From positions 28,396,001-28,460,000 of the forward strand of contig NC_043014.1 in the NCBI RefSeq assembly GCF_006345805.1: DNA of 64,000 nt, in the 5' to 3' direction. The stretch is from Octopus sinensis. Its lineage: Eukaryota. A program made the translations under genes and the position numbers. Below the pieces are notes generated by a model. It saw only the letters and a list, made by a program, of their open reading frames with translations, was not told where the DNA came from and did no database searches. Shown in pieces: positions 25,685-38,064 of this stretch. Within the stretch, counting starts at the first letter, position 1. The number at the start of each line of letters is the position of its first letter.

Positions 25685-25897
25685 CCCTTCAACTATAGGA
25701 ACAAGGCCTGAAATTTTTGGGTGGGGCATAGTCGATTACATCGACCCCAGTACTCAATTCGTGCTTAGTTTATCGACCCCGAAAGAATGAAAGGCAAAGT
25801 CGACTTCGGCGGAATTTGAACTCAGAACGTACCGTCAAGTGAAATATCTCTATGCATTTAGCCCGACGTGCTAACGATTCTGCCAGCACAACGCCTA
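25685..25897 (-). mobile_element. SINE family A (tail type 1)
   Basis: Full head, core and tail motifs as in the 11915 copy. Confidence 0.85.
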
Positions 25898-25947
<50 letters not shown>

Positions 25948-25974
25948 TAATAATGATAATAATAATAATAATAA

Positions 25975-26410
25975 TAGAGAAATTAAGGCTAACAGACCAG
26001 ATATAGTTGTCAGAGATCATGAAGAAAAAAAATGCTTTCTAATTGATGTATCAATACCGGCAGATGACAACGTGTCCCTAAAAGAAATGGAGAAACTTTC
26101 AAAATACAAAGACCTGGAAATAGAGGTAACCAGAATGTGGAATCTAAAAACAGAAACAATTCCTATCAGAGTAGGTGCATTAGTCATGATAAAAAAATAT
26201 TCAGACAAATACATAACAAAAACACCAGGACTTACAAACACATATAACATACAGAAAATTGCACTACTAGGCACTGCACACATCCTACGCAGAACACTTT
26301 CCATACAATAACCATCAGAGCATCACAACAAATCACAGCACATACCTAGGGCACACAGAGCTGCGCTCGGTAGTGAAGTGAATGCACGCTATAAAAATAA
26401 AGCTACTGAA
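25975..26410 (+). mobile_element. 5'-truncated R4/Dong-clade LINE (restriction-like endonuclease + 3' UTR) embedded in (AAT)n
   Basis: In-frame REIKANRPDIVVRDHEEKKCFLIDVSIPADDNVSLKEMEKLSKYKDLEIEVTRMW...IALLGTAHILRRTLSIQ* (PD..D..K RLE motif, stop at 26311); (AAT)n on both sides. Confidence 0.88.
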
Positions 26411-26424
26411 TAATAATAATAATA

Positions 26425-26459
<35 letters not shown>

Positions 26460-26479
26460 AATAATAGTAATAATAGTAA

Positions 26480-26740
26480 TCCTTTTTACTGGAGGCACAA
26501 GGCCTCAGATTTGAGGGGAGGAAACTAGTCAATTATATCGACCCCAGTATTTTCTAATGGGAAGAAGCAGAGTCGATTACATCGACCCCAGTGCTCTACT
26601 GGTACTTATTTTATCGACCCTGAAAGGGATGAAAGGCAAAGTCGACCTAGGCGGAATTTGAACTCAGAACGTAGCGACGGACAGAATACCGCTATGCATT
26701 TTGCCCGGCGTGCTAACGATTCTGCCAGCCCGCTGCCTGA
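26480..26740 (-). mobile_element. SINE family A (tail type 1) with internal partial duplication
   Basis: Family A motifs; ATCGACCCCAGT occurs twice (~26537 and ~26581). Confidence 0.85.
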
Positions 26741-26761
26741 ATAATAATAATAATAATAATG

Positions 26762-26837
<76 letters not shown>

Positions 26838-26838
<1 letters not shown>

Positions 26839-26910
26839 CCTTTCTACTATAGGCACAAGGCCTGAAATTTTGGGTGAGGGGGCCTAGTCGATTACATCGA
26901 TCCCTGTACT
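26838..26910 (-). mobile_element. SINE family A 3' fragment
   Basis: CCTTTCTACTATAGGCACAAGGCCTGAAATTTT...GTCGATTACATCGA. Confidence 0.75.
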
Positions 26911-27679
26911 CGGTAGTAATAATAATATATGCATTCTTTCAAAGCTACTAAAACAACAAAGAACCAAAGATCAGGGTAACTACGATATTAAAAATAACTT
27001 CAACAATAACAAGAACAACAACGATGACGACAATGGCTGCGACTGCAACAGCCATAATGATATGAATATTGTTTTTGTTCTTCACATATATACAGGTAGA
27101 CATCATCGATACGTCTATAAATATTAATCCGGGTATCGAGCCTACTTGTGCTGTAACAAGCAGCATTCATTATATCATATCCACTGTATATGTATGACAT
27201 AATTCATGATATAATAGTGGTGGTGGGGGGGGGATGATGGTGGTAGCGTGGCTGGTAGTGCTTGTGGCATTGGTTATTGTTATAGTGGCGGTGGTGATGA
27301 TGATGACTACGACACAGACTGGCTTGCATACACACATTCTCTCTCTTTCGCTCCCTCCCTCTCTCTCTCCCTCTCTCCAGACACACACATATAGCTATAA
27401 TATATATATATATATAACATTAATATATTCTTTTACTTGTTTCAGTCATTTGACTGGGGCCATGCTTGAACACCGCCTTTGTACATATGTATATATGTGT
27501 GTGTATATACAATACACATATTATAATTATTAAATTTATACATTATAAACATAACATATATTATATCTATATATATGATATAATATATATAATATATATA
27601 TTTAGATATGTATATGTATATGTATATAAATTTATATATAATATATGTATATATTATAATAATAATATATATATATATC

Positions 27680-27710
<31 letters not shown>

Positions 27711-27853
27711 TTTTTTACATAGGTACATGTTGCAACGACACTGCTGATACATGCTTATACACATACAGATGTATGTATATACACACCACACACACAACAC
27801 ACATATTATATATATATATACATATATACATATATATGCATATATATATATAC

Positions 27854-27906
<53 letters not shown>

Positions 27907-27917
27907 CGTATATATAT

Positions 27918-28317
27918 GGCGCAGGAGTGGCTGTGTGGTAAGTAGCTTGCTAACCAACCACATGGTTCCGGGTTCAGTCCCACTGCGTGGCATCTTGGGC
28001 AAGTGTCTTCTGCTATAGCCCGGGCCGACCAATGCCTTGTGAGTGGATTTGGTAGACGGAAACTGAAAGAAGCCTGTCGTATATATGATATGTATATATA
28101 TGTGTGTGTGTATATGTTGGTGTGTCTGTGTTGTCCCCCTAGCATTGCTTGACAACCGATGCTGGTGTGTGTGACGTCCCCGTCACTTAGCGGTTCGGCA
28201 AAAGAGACCGATAGAATAAGTACTGGGCTTACAAAGAATAAGTCCCGGGGTCGATTTGCTCGACTAAAGGCGGTGCTCCAGCATGGCCGCAGTCAAATGA
28301 CTGAAAAAAGTAAAGAG
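27918..28317 (+). mobile_element. Full-length tRNA-derived SINE family B
   Basis: GGCGCAGGAGTGGCTGTGTGGTAAG (A box), GGTTCCGGGTTCAGTCCC (B box), CTTGGGCAAGTGTCTT (CORE-like), internal (TA)/(TG) tract, 3' GCAGTCAAATGACTGAAAAAAGTAAAGAG. Confidence 0.9.
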
Positions 28318-28358
<41 letters not shown>

Positions 28359-28409
28359 CATACATACACTTATCTTTCTCAGCCCTCTTCTCTCTCTTCT
28401 CTCTCTCTA

Positions 28410-28460
<51 letters not shown>

Positions 28461-29423
28461 ATACATGCATATGTACATATGCGCAAATGAATGAGTGTGT
28501 ATAATCACAGAAATACACGGTTTCATGTGTGTATCGGAATTTGTGTAAATGTATGTATATGACTATGGGCGTGTGTGTGTGTATACAAATACATGCATGC
28601 TATACCTACACACACGCACTGCCAAACACCGCATCCCCCCCACACAGGCGCAATGCATATTAATGTCTGTGTTGATTTTCAATATTGCTTTTAACTTAAC
28701 GACATTAATTGAGGCACCACATAACGATGATATCGAAATGCAAAATAAAGTTAGAAGTATGTTTCTAATAAACATACGACTACGTATTTTAATAAACATA
28801 CGTATGGCTTCAATGTGAAAATGTGAAGACTATCATTAAAACACAGACGTCCCTCTCTTCCTGATTAACCAGAAAGAAATGAGAATAAAATAAAAACAAG
28901 ATTGAACTCACTAGTTTCACCTTTTCTTATTCCTCATCTATGATCGGTGTCTCATCCCCAGCCGCAAGGAGAATATAGGCTTACAAATATCTATAATATA
29001 CGCATACTCGGATAGAATTATAGGGATTTTTCAAATTTACATAACAATGCTTGTGTTGGCAACGTGAATTAATTAATAGATCCTAATGCATAGCTTATAC
29101 GGTGAGTGGAAACGAAGGTGTCTCGATGTTTACACTTTCATATACTAAAGGTGTGCTTAGAAAAAAAACACGCTCCTAAGTTTACCCTGCATTCCTACTG
29201 TGTCACACCTACGTACGTACGAGCATACATACACATACATAGAAACATACATACATGAATACATACATATTGTGTGTGTATGTGCCCATGTAAGTAATGC
29301 ATTCGTGTAATAATATGTTTATACATTCATATACACGGTATATGCATACTTTTACTTTACATATATACATATATACATATATATATATCTATATAAATAT
29401 ATATATATATATAATATATATAT

Positions 29424-29470
<47 letters not shown>

Positions 29471-29940
29471 ATATCAATGTATGGTGATACACCCATATTT
29501 ACACACAAATATATATGTGCCAGTAAATCTTTGCGCGTATATTTGTATATGTACATATATATATATGTATATATATATATATCTATATAGATATATATAT
29601 ATATCTATATATATACCGTATATGTATATATATACAACGTATATATATATATACGTATATGTACATATATATATATGTGAGATATATATATATTATATAT
29701 ATACACGTGCGCGCAAACACACACGCGCACACACCCACACACAACACACACACACACTAATATACATTTGATATGAAATGCATTTACATGCATACATGAG
29801 CTTCGATGAATATATTTATTTATAAAAAAAATGTATGCTCTCTCTCTCTCACACTTTATATATATATATTATACGAACATACATATACATACATACTACA
29901 TGCATACATACATACATACATACATACATACATACATACA

Positions 29941-29971
<31 letters not shown>

Positions 29972-30220
29972 TACATATAATATATGATATATATATATAT
30001 ATAAGTATATATATATATATATAAGTGCACTCCCCTATCAGAGCTTAGACATGTGGGTCCTTGTGGCCCCAAGGGCTTTAGTTTTATTTCCAGCAACGTA
30101 GGTGTTACCCAGTATAGTCAGTCACAATTAGTGACGATTGGTTTTAACTTACTTGTAGCCGCCATCATTTTATATATATATATATATATATAGGGTGTAT
30201 GTACTTATATGTGTATATGA

Positions 30221-30269
<49 letters not shown>

Positions 30270-31183
30270 TCGTAGAGAGCAAGTGGTTCATAACATTCTT
30301 ATCAGACCACTTAAAATAAAAGAAATTAAACTGAGTAGTCTACGCATTTTATCCATAAATCTAAATCTAGCAAAAATATATTCTGGATGTCCCGTTGCCC
30401 TTCAGGGACCACTCGGTGTTTGTGATTTTAGAAAGTTATATATATATATTATATATGTATATTATATATATATATACAGTTTATCTCTTATCTGCTATCT
30501 ATCTATTTTCTTCATATATTATATATATACTATATATATATATATATATAGATATATATATATATGGAGAAAATAGCTGGATAGCTAGAAAGAGAGATAG
30601 GTTGTATTGCCAAACCGGTAGATGTAGGTTTGAGGATGGGAGGCGCTGAGTTAAAAGCCAAAGGGGCGGGGATCAGGTATAGTTGCAGGTATTGGAACTG
30701 GGGAAAGCTGCGGTGAGGTAGTTCGCTGATATTCGGAATCTGGTTGTTGCGCGCCAAAGAGGAGGTGAGAATGAAGATGTTATAGATGACATCAAAGATG
30801 AAAATGGTAATGGTGATAGTAGGTGGATTTGTCTTCATCATCCTCAGCGCTCACCGACGTTAGCCTTAACCATCACCATCCTTAGTTCCACCACCATTGC
30901 CACTATCATCATCTTTGTTATCCTTATTGCCATTTTTTCACCGTGGCACAATCACTTATCCTTTCTCTACTATTAATTATATCTACCATCGACACGTTCT
31001 TAAACTTTTCTGAAATGGCCAATTTCACCACCCCAACACTCCCCCACCATTGCTATTATCGCCACCTTCCTCACCCCATTCTTCCACCCAACAATTACAT
31101 AGCACCGACACGTTTTCTCTACTACTACTACTATTACTACTACTACTACTACTACCACCACCACCACCACCACCACCACCACC

Positions 31184-31219
<36 letters not shown>

Positions 31220-31754
31220 GCTGCTGCTGCTACTACTACTACCACCACCACCACCACCACCACCACCACACCACTAACACTACTACTACTACTGCTGCTG
31301 CTACTGCCACTACTACCACCACCACCACCACCACACACATGCCACTACACCTTCATAATATCTCATTCTTCAACTTCATCGTTGTCATCAATCAACACAA
31401 TTGCCAGATTCACAATATTTAACATCTTACATCATCATTATCCTTTGCGTCTCCACCACCGTAGCGTTTGAACATCGACCGTCTTACACCCACCGTTTTT
31501 GTCTGCCTGACACCTACACCTTCAAAATATTCCCTGCTAGAGCTTTCAAATCGATGTCTCTCACCTACAAATACATTTGCCGGTTTGCCAACATTTCAGA
31601 CCTTTCTATGATAATCTTTCAGCCTAGTTTCTCAACATAAAATGCTATAATCACTAACACAAAATAGCACCCGGACGAAAAAGGATATTCTGACAGACTC
31701 ACCGTTTTGGGTTTTGGATATAACTTCTTTTATTATATATATATATATATATAT

Positions 31755-32378
31755 GTTTCTTTATTACCCACAAGGGGCTAAACATAGAAGGGACAAACAA
31801 GGACAGACAAAGGGATTAAGTCGATTACATCGACCCCAGTGCGTAACTGGTACTTAATTTATCGACCCCGAATCGATGAACGCCAAAGTCGACCTCGGCG
31901 GAATTTGAATTCAGAACGTAGCGGCAGACGAAATACCGCTAAGCATTCTGTCCGGCGTGCTAACATTTCTTATTTCTTTACTGCCCATTAGGTGCTACAC
32001 ACAGAGAGCACAATCAAGGACAGACAAACGGATTAAGTCGATTATATCGACTCCAATGCGTAACTGGTACTAATTTAATCGACCCCGAAAGGATAAAAAG
32101 CAAAGTCGACCTCGGCGGAATTTGAACTGAGAATGTAGCGGCAGACGAAATACCTATTTCTTTACTACCCACAAGGGGCTAAACACAGAGAGGACAAACA
32201 AGGACAGACAAACGGATTAAGTCGATTATATCGACCCCAGTGCGTAACTGGTACTTATTTAATCGCCCCCCCCCCCAAAGGATGAAAGGCAAAGTCGATC
32301 TCGGCGGAATTAGAACGTAACAGCAGACGAAATACCGCTAAGCATTTCGCCCGACGTGCTAACGTTTCTGTCAGCACT
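31755..32378 (-). mobile_element. Three head-to-tail SINE family A (tail type 2) copies
   Basis: TTTCTTTA(T/C)T.CCCA...GGACAGACAAA.GGATTAAGTCGATT recurs at ~31755, ~31975 and ~32160, each followed by the family A core. Confidence 0.88.
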
Positions 32379-33026
32379 AACACTTGTAGTGAACATGATA
32401 GTAGAATTAAAATCATGAACATTAAAGAATAAAATGTCTTAATTAACTGCAAGAAAATACAAGCTTACTGGAACCACTAAAATTCTCAGCGAATACTTCC
32501 CCTACCTGTAACTGTAGAGCAGCTACTCATTGTCTCCTTGGAAGTAATGCAATATACAAATATAACGTCATAAGTTAGACAATAGACATTATAAAGGTTC
32601 TACGTCTAATCCCTTCAAATACGAACGTAATATGTATAAGCATACAATAGCAAAAAAATTATGCAAGTCAATCTCTCTAACAGAATATATATAGAATTTT
32701 AGAACTGGGGCTATTAATTTTGAACTATACATTGGAGCATTGTAGCCACTACCCCGGATGCACAGGAAATAAAATAAAAATAGAGAGAGCAGGATTTGCA
32801 CAATGGGAACGCTTTAAAACCTTTTAGCTGTTGACAAATTGTCTAAATCGGAGAAAGTTCTCATAGATATAAACTTTTCTGATATTTTCAGTTCAATAAA
32901 TTTCTGCCGGATTGCTAACACGCAACAAGAATATTTTGTCACTTAAATAGAAAATTTTAGTAGAGTGACATTTTAAAAGCATGTACACCTACGTGTGTGT
33001 GTATATGGGTGTATAGATATATGTTT

Positions 33027-33083
<57 letters not shown>

Positions 33084-33269
33084 GTATCCAGTAGTGGGAC
33101 CTTGGTTTGGAAGTTCAAACCACCTTTTAGTCACTATTGTCCCTAGATCAACTCTGACCTGGAGTAAGTAGCTCCTGTCAGAGTCTCAACTGTGGGTTAA
33201 AAAGTATGTTATCGAATAAGCTTCAAATACAAGCCCTTAGTGCTTTGAGAGTGTCTTGAGACAGAAAAG

Positions 33270-33540
33270 GACTAGAGGAGCCAATCACGGCAGCAAATGG
33301 TGTTCCTCCAGTGGCCCGATGTCCTATTTAACATCCTTCTAACAATTCTGAGGTAGCTGGATCTTGCCAACATTGTAAGGTAATTCACTTTGAAAGCCAC
33401 TCCAGTATAAACCCTACAGCTTTCTGGTCACCCCAGGTGTCCTGGCCTACTGAGCAACTGTGGACAGACCTATGAAGAGTAGAACTGGATTATGCAGACT
33501 GACTCTCAAGTGCGAAGAAAAGGCCTGCAACATCATGAAT
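33270..33540 (+). mobile_element. Decayed RTE-like LINE 3' fragment
   Basis: Weak similarity to RTE C-terminal motifs (LAGSC for LAGHC; CCAGGTGTCCTGGCC for the GRP region). Confidence 0.3.
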
Positions 33541-33558
33541 CGTTTGATGGGTTGCTGC

Positions 33559-33596
<38 letters not shown>

Positions 33597-33781
33597 TGTG
33601 TGTGTATGTGTACATGCATCCATCTATCTATTCGTGTAGGTATGTATATGTGTGTATGCATATAAGTATGTCTGGGTGCACGTATGTGTGTGAATAGATA
33701 TGTAAGTTTAGCTATTTGTTATGTTAGGGCGTTTTTACATTTGTGATATATACATGCATCAGTGAATATTTGTGTATTTCT

Positions 33782-33920
33782 CCGTCTTCCCTTCTTTGAA
33801 CTTTTTCTATATTTCTGATGAAGAGCTCCGCTCGAAACGTGAAATCCCCTTTCTTTTCTTTCCTTTCCTGAGCGTCCAATAACACTGTACTTATTCCACG
33901 ACCTCGTGTTGTTGTTTTTT
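33782..33920 (+). ncRNA. Dispersed element copy 2 containing a minimal hammerhead-ribozyme-like motif (33811-33845)
   Basis: ATTT CTGATGA A GAGC TCC GCTC GAAA CGTG AAAT: intact CUGAUGA and GAAA core with stems I and II pairing. Confidence 0.65.
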
Positions 33921-34689
33921 TCTTGCTTGTTCATGTTTGGATTGACTATATGTGTGTGCGTGTGTGTGTACATATACAAACCTGCATCTGTGATGAAACA
34001 CGGTAATTAGCAAACTAACAGCCTACAAAATTAATAAATCATATGGATATCATGTTGGAATCTCTGAAACTTGATAGCTTTAGATACAAATCGTCTCTAT
34101 TTAGAGACACAATGGCAACACAAATACTTTTTTTATCTCCTTCGATAAGACATTTGTCTCTCTCTAGTAAACATAAAAGCTAATTGAACACTATTGTTAT
34201 GATAATTAATACTACAATATCGTGAATCCTAAAAGTAATCAATGCGAGTTAAACAATCTCTGATGATTTGACTATGCAATCAACTTAAGATTTTCCTCAT
34301 ACATAACTTGTATTTTTGTTTTGTTAATGAAACGCACGCGCTATAATGTGGTTATTTTATGAACAAACTTACCTCGTTTCGCTTTTTATATGTAATCTAT
34401 TACATATCACGCTGTAGTCTAACCAGTTGATTTTTGGCCTATAAGACGAATTTTTCTCACAGCTTACCTTTGGATATATAGGAATACTCATGGAGTTCTG
34501 AATATATGCAGTTCAATATAATTTTCCATGGCACCGCGCGCGCGCTGTGTGTAATATATAGTATAATTATAAACAGGGCAAATTTTAGCCATTTCTCCGC
34601 AGACCGAAAAAATGATTTTCAGACGTTATTGGGTTCTCATCAGAGGCGTCCACTTAAACTTTTATTTGTTTTTAATTTGCCCACATATA

Positions 34690-35060
34690 ACTTTTATTTC
34701 TTTCAGTCATTAGACTGCAGCCATGGGTGGGAGGTGCACCGCCTTATGTGATCTTTTTAGTCGAATGAATTGATCCAGTCCATATTTCGTGTTAGGCCTG
34801 GTACTCATTCTATCGGTCTCCTTTGCTGAACGGCTAAGTTACGAAACGCAAACACACCAACACCGGTTGTCAAGTGGTGGTGGTGGTGGGGACGTAAACA
34901 CACACAAAACACATATACGACAAGCTTATTTCAGTTTCCGGCTGCTTAATCAAGTCACAATGGTTTGGTCAGCACGAGGCTATAGTAGAAGACACTTGCC
35001 CATAATGTATTGAGACTGAACCAGGGACTATGTGGTCGGGAAGCACATAGGGGCTTGTGT
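34690..35060 (-). mobile_element. SINE family B
   Basis: TTTCAGTCATTAGACTGCAGCCATG...TTTGCTGAACGGCTAAGTTACG...AGAAGACACTTGCCCA...ACTGAACCAGGGAC. Confidence 0.8.
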
Positions 35061-35109
35061 AACACGGCTGTGTAAGTATACAAGTGTGTGTATGTGTATA
35101 TATATATAC

Positions 35110-35181
<72 letters not shown>

Positions 35182-35305
35182 GCGCAGGCAGATCAGAGAA
35201 ATAGCCCACTGTGGCCAGTGGCATGAGTTTAGGTATAGAAGACAAAAATCAGTATCCTAAGTACCATAATAAATATATTTTGTTGATCTTTTGAAATTAC
35301 CTTTC

Positions 35306-35353
<48 letters not shown>

Positions 35354-35827
35354 GGGATAGAAAGAGGGAGAGAGGGTAGAGAGAAATAATAGAGCGCGAG
35401 AGACATAGGGTAGAGAGAGGGAGAGAGATAGGGAGAAAAGAAAGAGAGAGAGAGAGAAGAGAAAGATAAAGAGAGAGAGAGAGAGGTATAAGTGCATCAA
35501 GCGGTAAAGCAAACAATACCAAGTGGGAAGGGGAGATAATCTCAAGCAATCAACAATTCTCCAGAATTGATATGCCTTTAAACAAATGACACTACACACG
35601 CGTGTATGTTTGCGCGCGCGTATATATACAGATATATATATATGCTTACATATATATATATGTATATGTATGTATGTATATGTATGTATGTATGTATGTA
35701 TGTATAAACACATTTATTCACAAACGCACATGTGAGTGGATTTAGTAGACGGAAACTGAAAGAAGCCCATCGTATATATATATATATATGCGCGTGTGTG
35801 TGTGTGTGTGTGGTGTGTGTGTGTGTG

Positions 35828-35858
<31 letters not shown>

Positions 35859-35909
35859 TGTGTGTGTATTGATAGATAGATAGACAAGAGTTAAGAATGA
35901 AATATAAAT

Positions 35910-36480
35910 ATACATGATGCTTACTTAGCTTATGACAGCCCATCAAGTGTGGTGGCAGCGTCGATCCAGAACGTTCATCTTCCTCCGCCACCAACACAAT
36001 GTTTCTCATGGGAGCGGATGTGACTGACAATAACCGATATAAATAGACAGATCCTGTGAATCTGAGGGCACTGAAAGTGACCCCGAAAAGCAGCGTCAGT
36101 GGGATTGATAACATCTCTTCCTCTCTTCGTGCAGTATCTCGTGTTCGGTTTCAAAGCGTTCTGCTCTAGCATCACGCACGAACTTCCATTTTGCAAGCTG
36201 GTTACCGAACCACATGGCCAACTGAGCAAAAAGACGACGAAAGATGAAGGCTTCAATGCTGTAGATCCCTGCCCTCAGGAGGCATCTTGGCTTGCCAGAC
36301 CGAGGACCGATCTGATATAGAACGTTTCTAATTGCATGATCTTGCGCAGATCAAAGTTCAACACTCAGATCCGTACAGGCAATCCTATTTAGGGAAAATA
36401 TGCATGATATGCAACATTAAAAGCAATGATGATGTAATCGTCCTCATAGAGAAGGACTTCTAGAGTAAGTGCCCTCTCCA
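35910..36480 (-). mobile_element. RTE-BovB-like LINE 3' end
   Basis: Minus-strand FQCPQIHRICLFISVIVSHIRSH resembles the RTE C-terminal C..C...SH..H; upstream part is homologous to 37090-37200; ends in TAAGCTAAGTAAG. Confidence 0.65.
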
Positions 36481-36879
36481 ATGTTCATACTCTCTTAAGC
36501 TGGTGTCGATTATATCGATTTCAGTGGTATTCGACACTATTACGCTATTACAGTGACCTCATCTGCATAAGCCGACCAGAAACTTCCACATCTCAATTCC
36601 CACGGAATGCCTCTCGAAACTTCCAGCTCCTGTTGCAATGGCTCGAGAACTAGCTTGTAAAGAAAGGATGAGAGCGGGCATCCGAAAGCGGAGTGCTAAG
36701 CGATTAAGGTTGGAACAGATGTCTCTCTATGTTACTGCGATCTAGCCTTTGAAAACGGGATCAAAACATTTCGCCGCGAGGACCGACTCGAAGCACTGGT
36801 GGCCTACCGATCAAAATATTTCGATTGATCCAGATCGATCAAGGCCTCACCTATGCAAGGTTTTTTTTATCTATGATGT

Positions 36880-37400
36880 ATCGCGTGAAGTGACGTCCAT
36901 GAAATGTCCATGAGATGTTTCAAAGTGTTCTACTCCAGCATTATGTACGGACTTCCATACCTTCCGATTAACAGCCAGGGACTCCAACCAGTTGCGAGGG
37001 ACACCGTATTAAATGAACGACTGCTGGAGAGGATCATAAAAACAAAGTTTTGGACGTCCATGAGGCCTACCACCAGTCTCGATCTTGCTAAAGAGAACCA
37101 TTTTGTGAGCTGGTTACCCCTCATCTGAACCACATGACCAACTCAGCGGAGAAGGCGACGAAGGATGCAGGCCTCAATGCTGTAGATGCCATGCAAGGTT
37201 TTGCATGTATGATATATCACGTGACGTGACGGTTGTGCATAGATCTGTTTGAAATCACCCACCAGTCCATTGACGACCAGCGCCAACATTCTATCCTGAA
37301 TTCGCAGATGGCTACTACAACCATGCTCAGTGACCTCAAATCGTTGAGCAAGTGACACTGCTTCCAGGATGACCTCACACATCTTACTTTCAGAGTTGCT
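36880..37400 (-). mobile_element. RTE-BovB-like LINE fragment (RT thumb/C-terminus)
   Basis: Minus-strand IEACILRRLLRXVGHVVQMRGNQL.KMVLF..IETGGRPHGRPKLCF.D...WLESLAVNRKVWKSVHNAGVEHFE matches the RTE pattern LRWAGHV.RM...GRPK...LA.DR..W. Confidence 0.85.
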
Positions 37401-37659
37401 GAAGATGGTAGGAGAGAAGGAAAAGGGAAAAGTTTCATCTACCTTAACGATTATACGTTATAGCGAACGGGAGCATCTGTTCCATTGCTGCTTGGGATTC
37501 CTTAGAGAAATCTTTCTAAAGCCTACAAGTGGCTTTTAACAGAACAGTCACTACGTCATAGGGGAACTCTCCTTTCAGAGTTGCTGAAGCATGGAACAGA
37601 CTGCCGGCATCGGTTGTTAGTTGTCGGAGCACTGCATCCTTCAAAACTTCCATGCTTCC

Positions 37660-37830
37660 TGAGATTCGCCAACACTACACTTGATTTTCTCCCCTCCATA
37701 CACATGCAAGCATGTATCTGACTCATACATTGTTCGCTTTCCAGACATTTCTACATTACTGCATGTACTTTATATGCACTTTCTGACAAGTTGTGGTGCA
37801 CCTGAGCACTGCATACAATAATTTCATTAT
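37660..37830 (+). mobile_element. Probable LINE 3' tail fragment (CR1/L2-like)
   Basis: Ends CAAGTTGTGGTGCACCTGAGCACTGCATACAATAATTTCATTAT; family assigned from memory. Confidence 0.35.
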
Positions 37831-38064
37831 ATATAAGTTTTTAGGGTAACTCTAAGCGGCTGTAAGTCATCACTGACCCAGATTTTGCCTCGGGTTAAAA
37901 GCTCTCTCCCCGTTTCAGTGTTCCCTCTTTGTATTATCTATAACACTAATTTTTGATCTTGTTTTGACTAGCTCTGAGTTAGGTATTAATCCCTTTTGTA
38001 TTTTTTTAGAGGAGTTGTATGTTTAGTTGTTTTTAAGGATTGAGCTACTGCTGCAACATTGCCT

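Noticed and set aside
30570-30900. GC-richer block as a possible exon
   Set aside because: No convincing frame, splice-site pair or recognisable peptide.
31755-32378. CRISPR-like repeat-spacer pattern
   Set aside because: Units are ~200-bp SINE copies in a eukaryotic context, with no unique spacers or cas genes.
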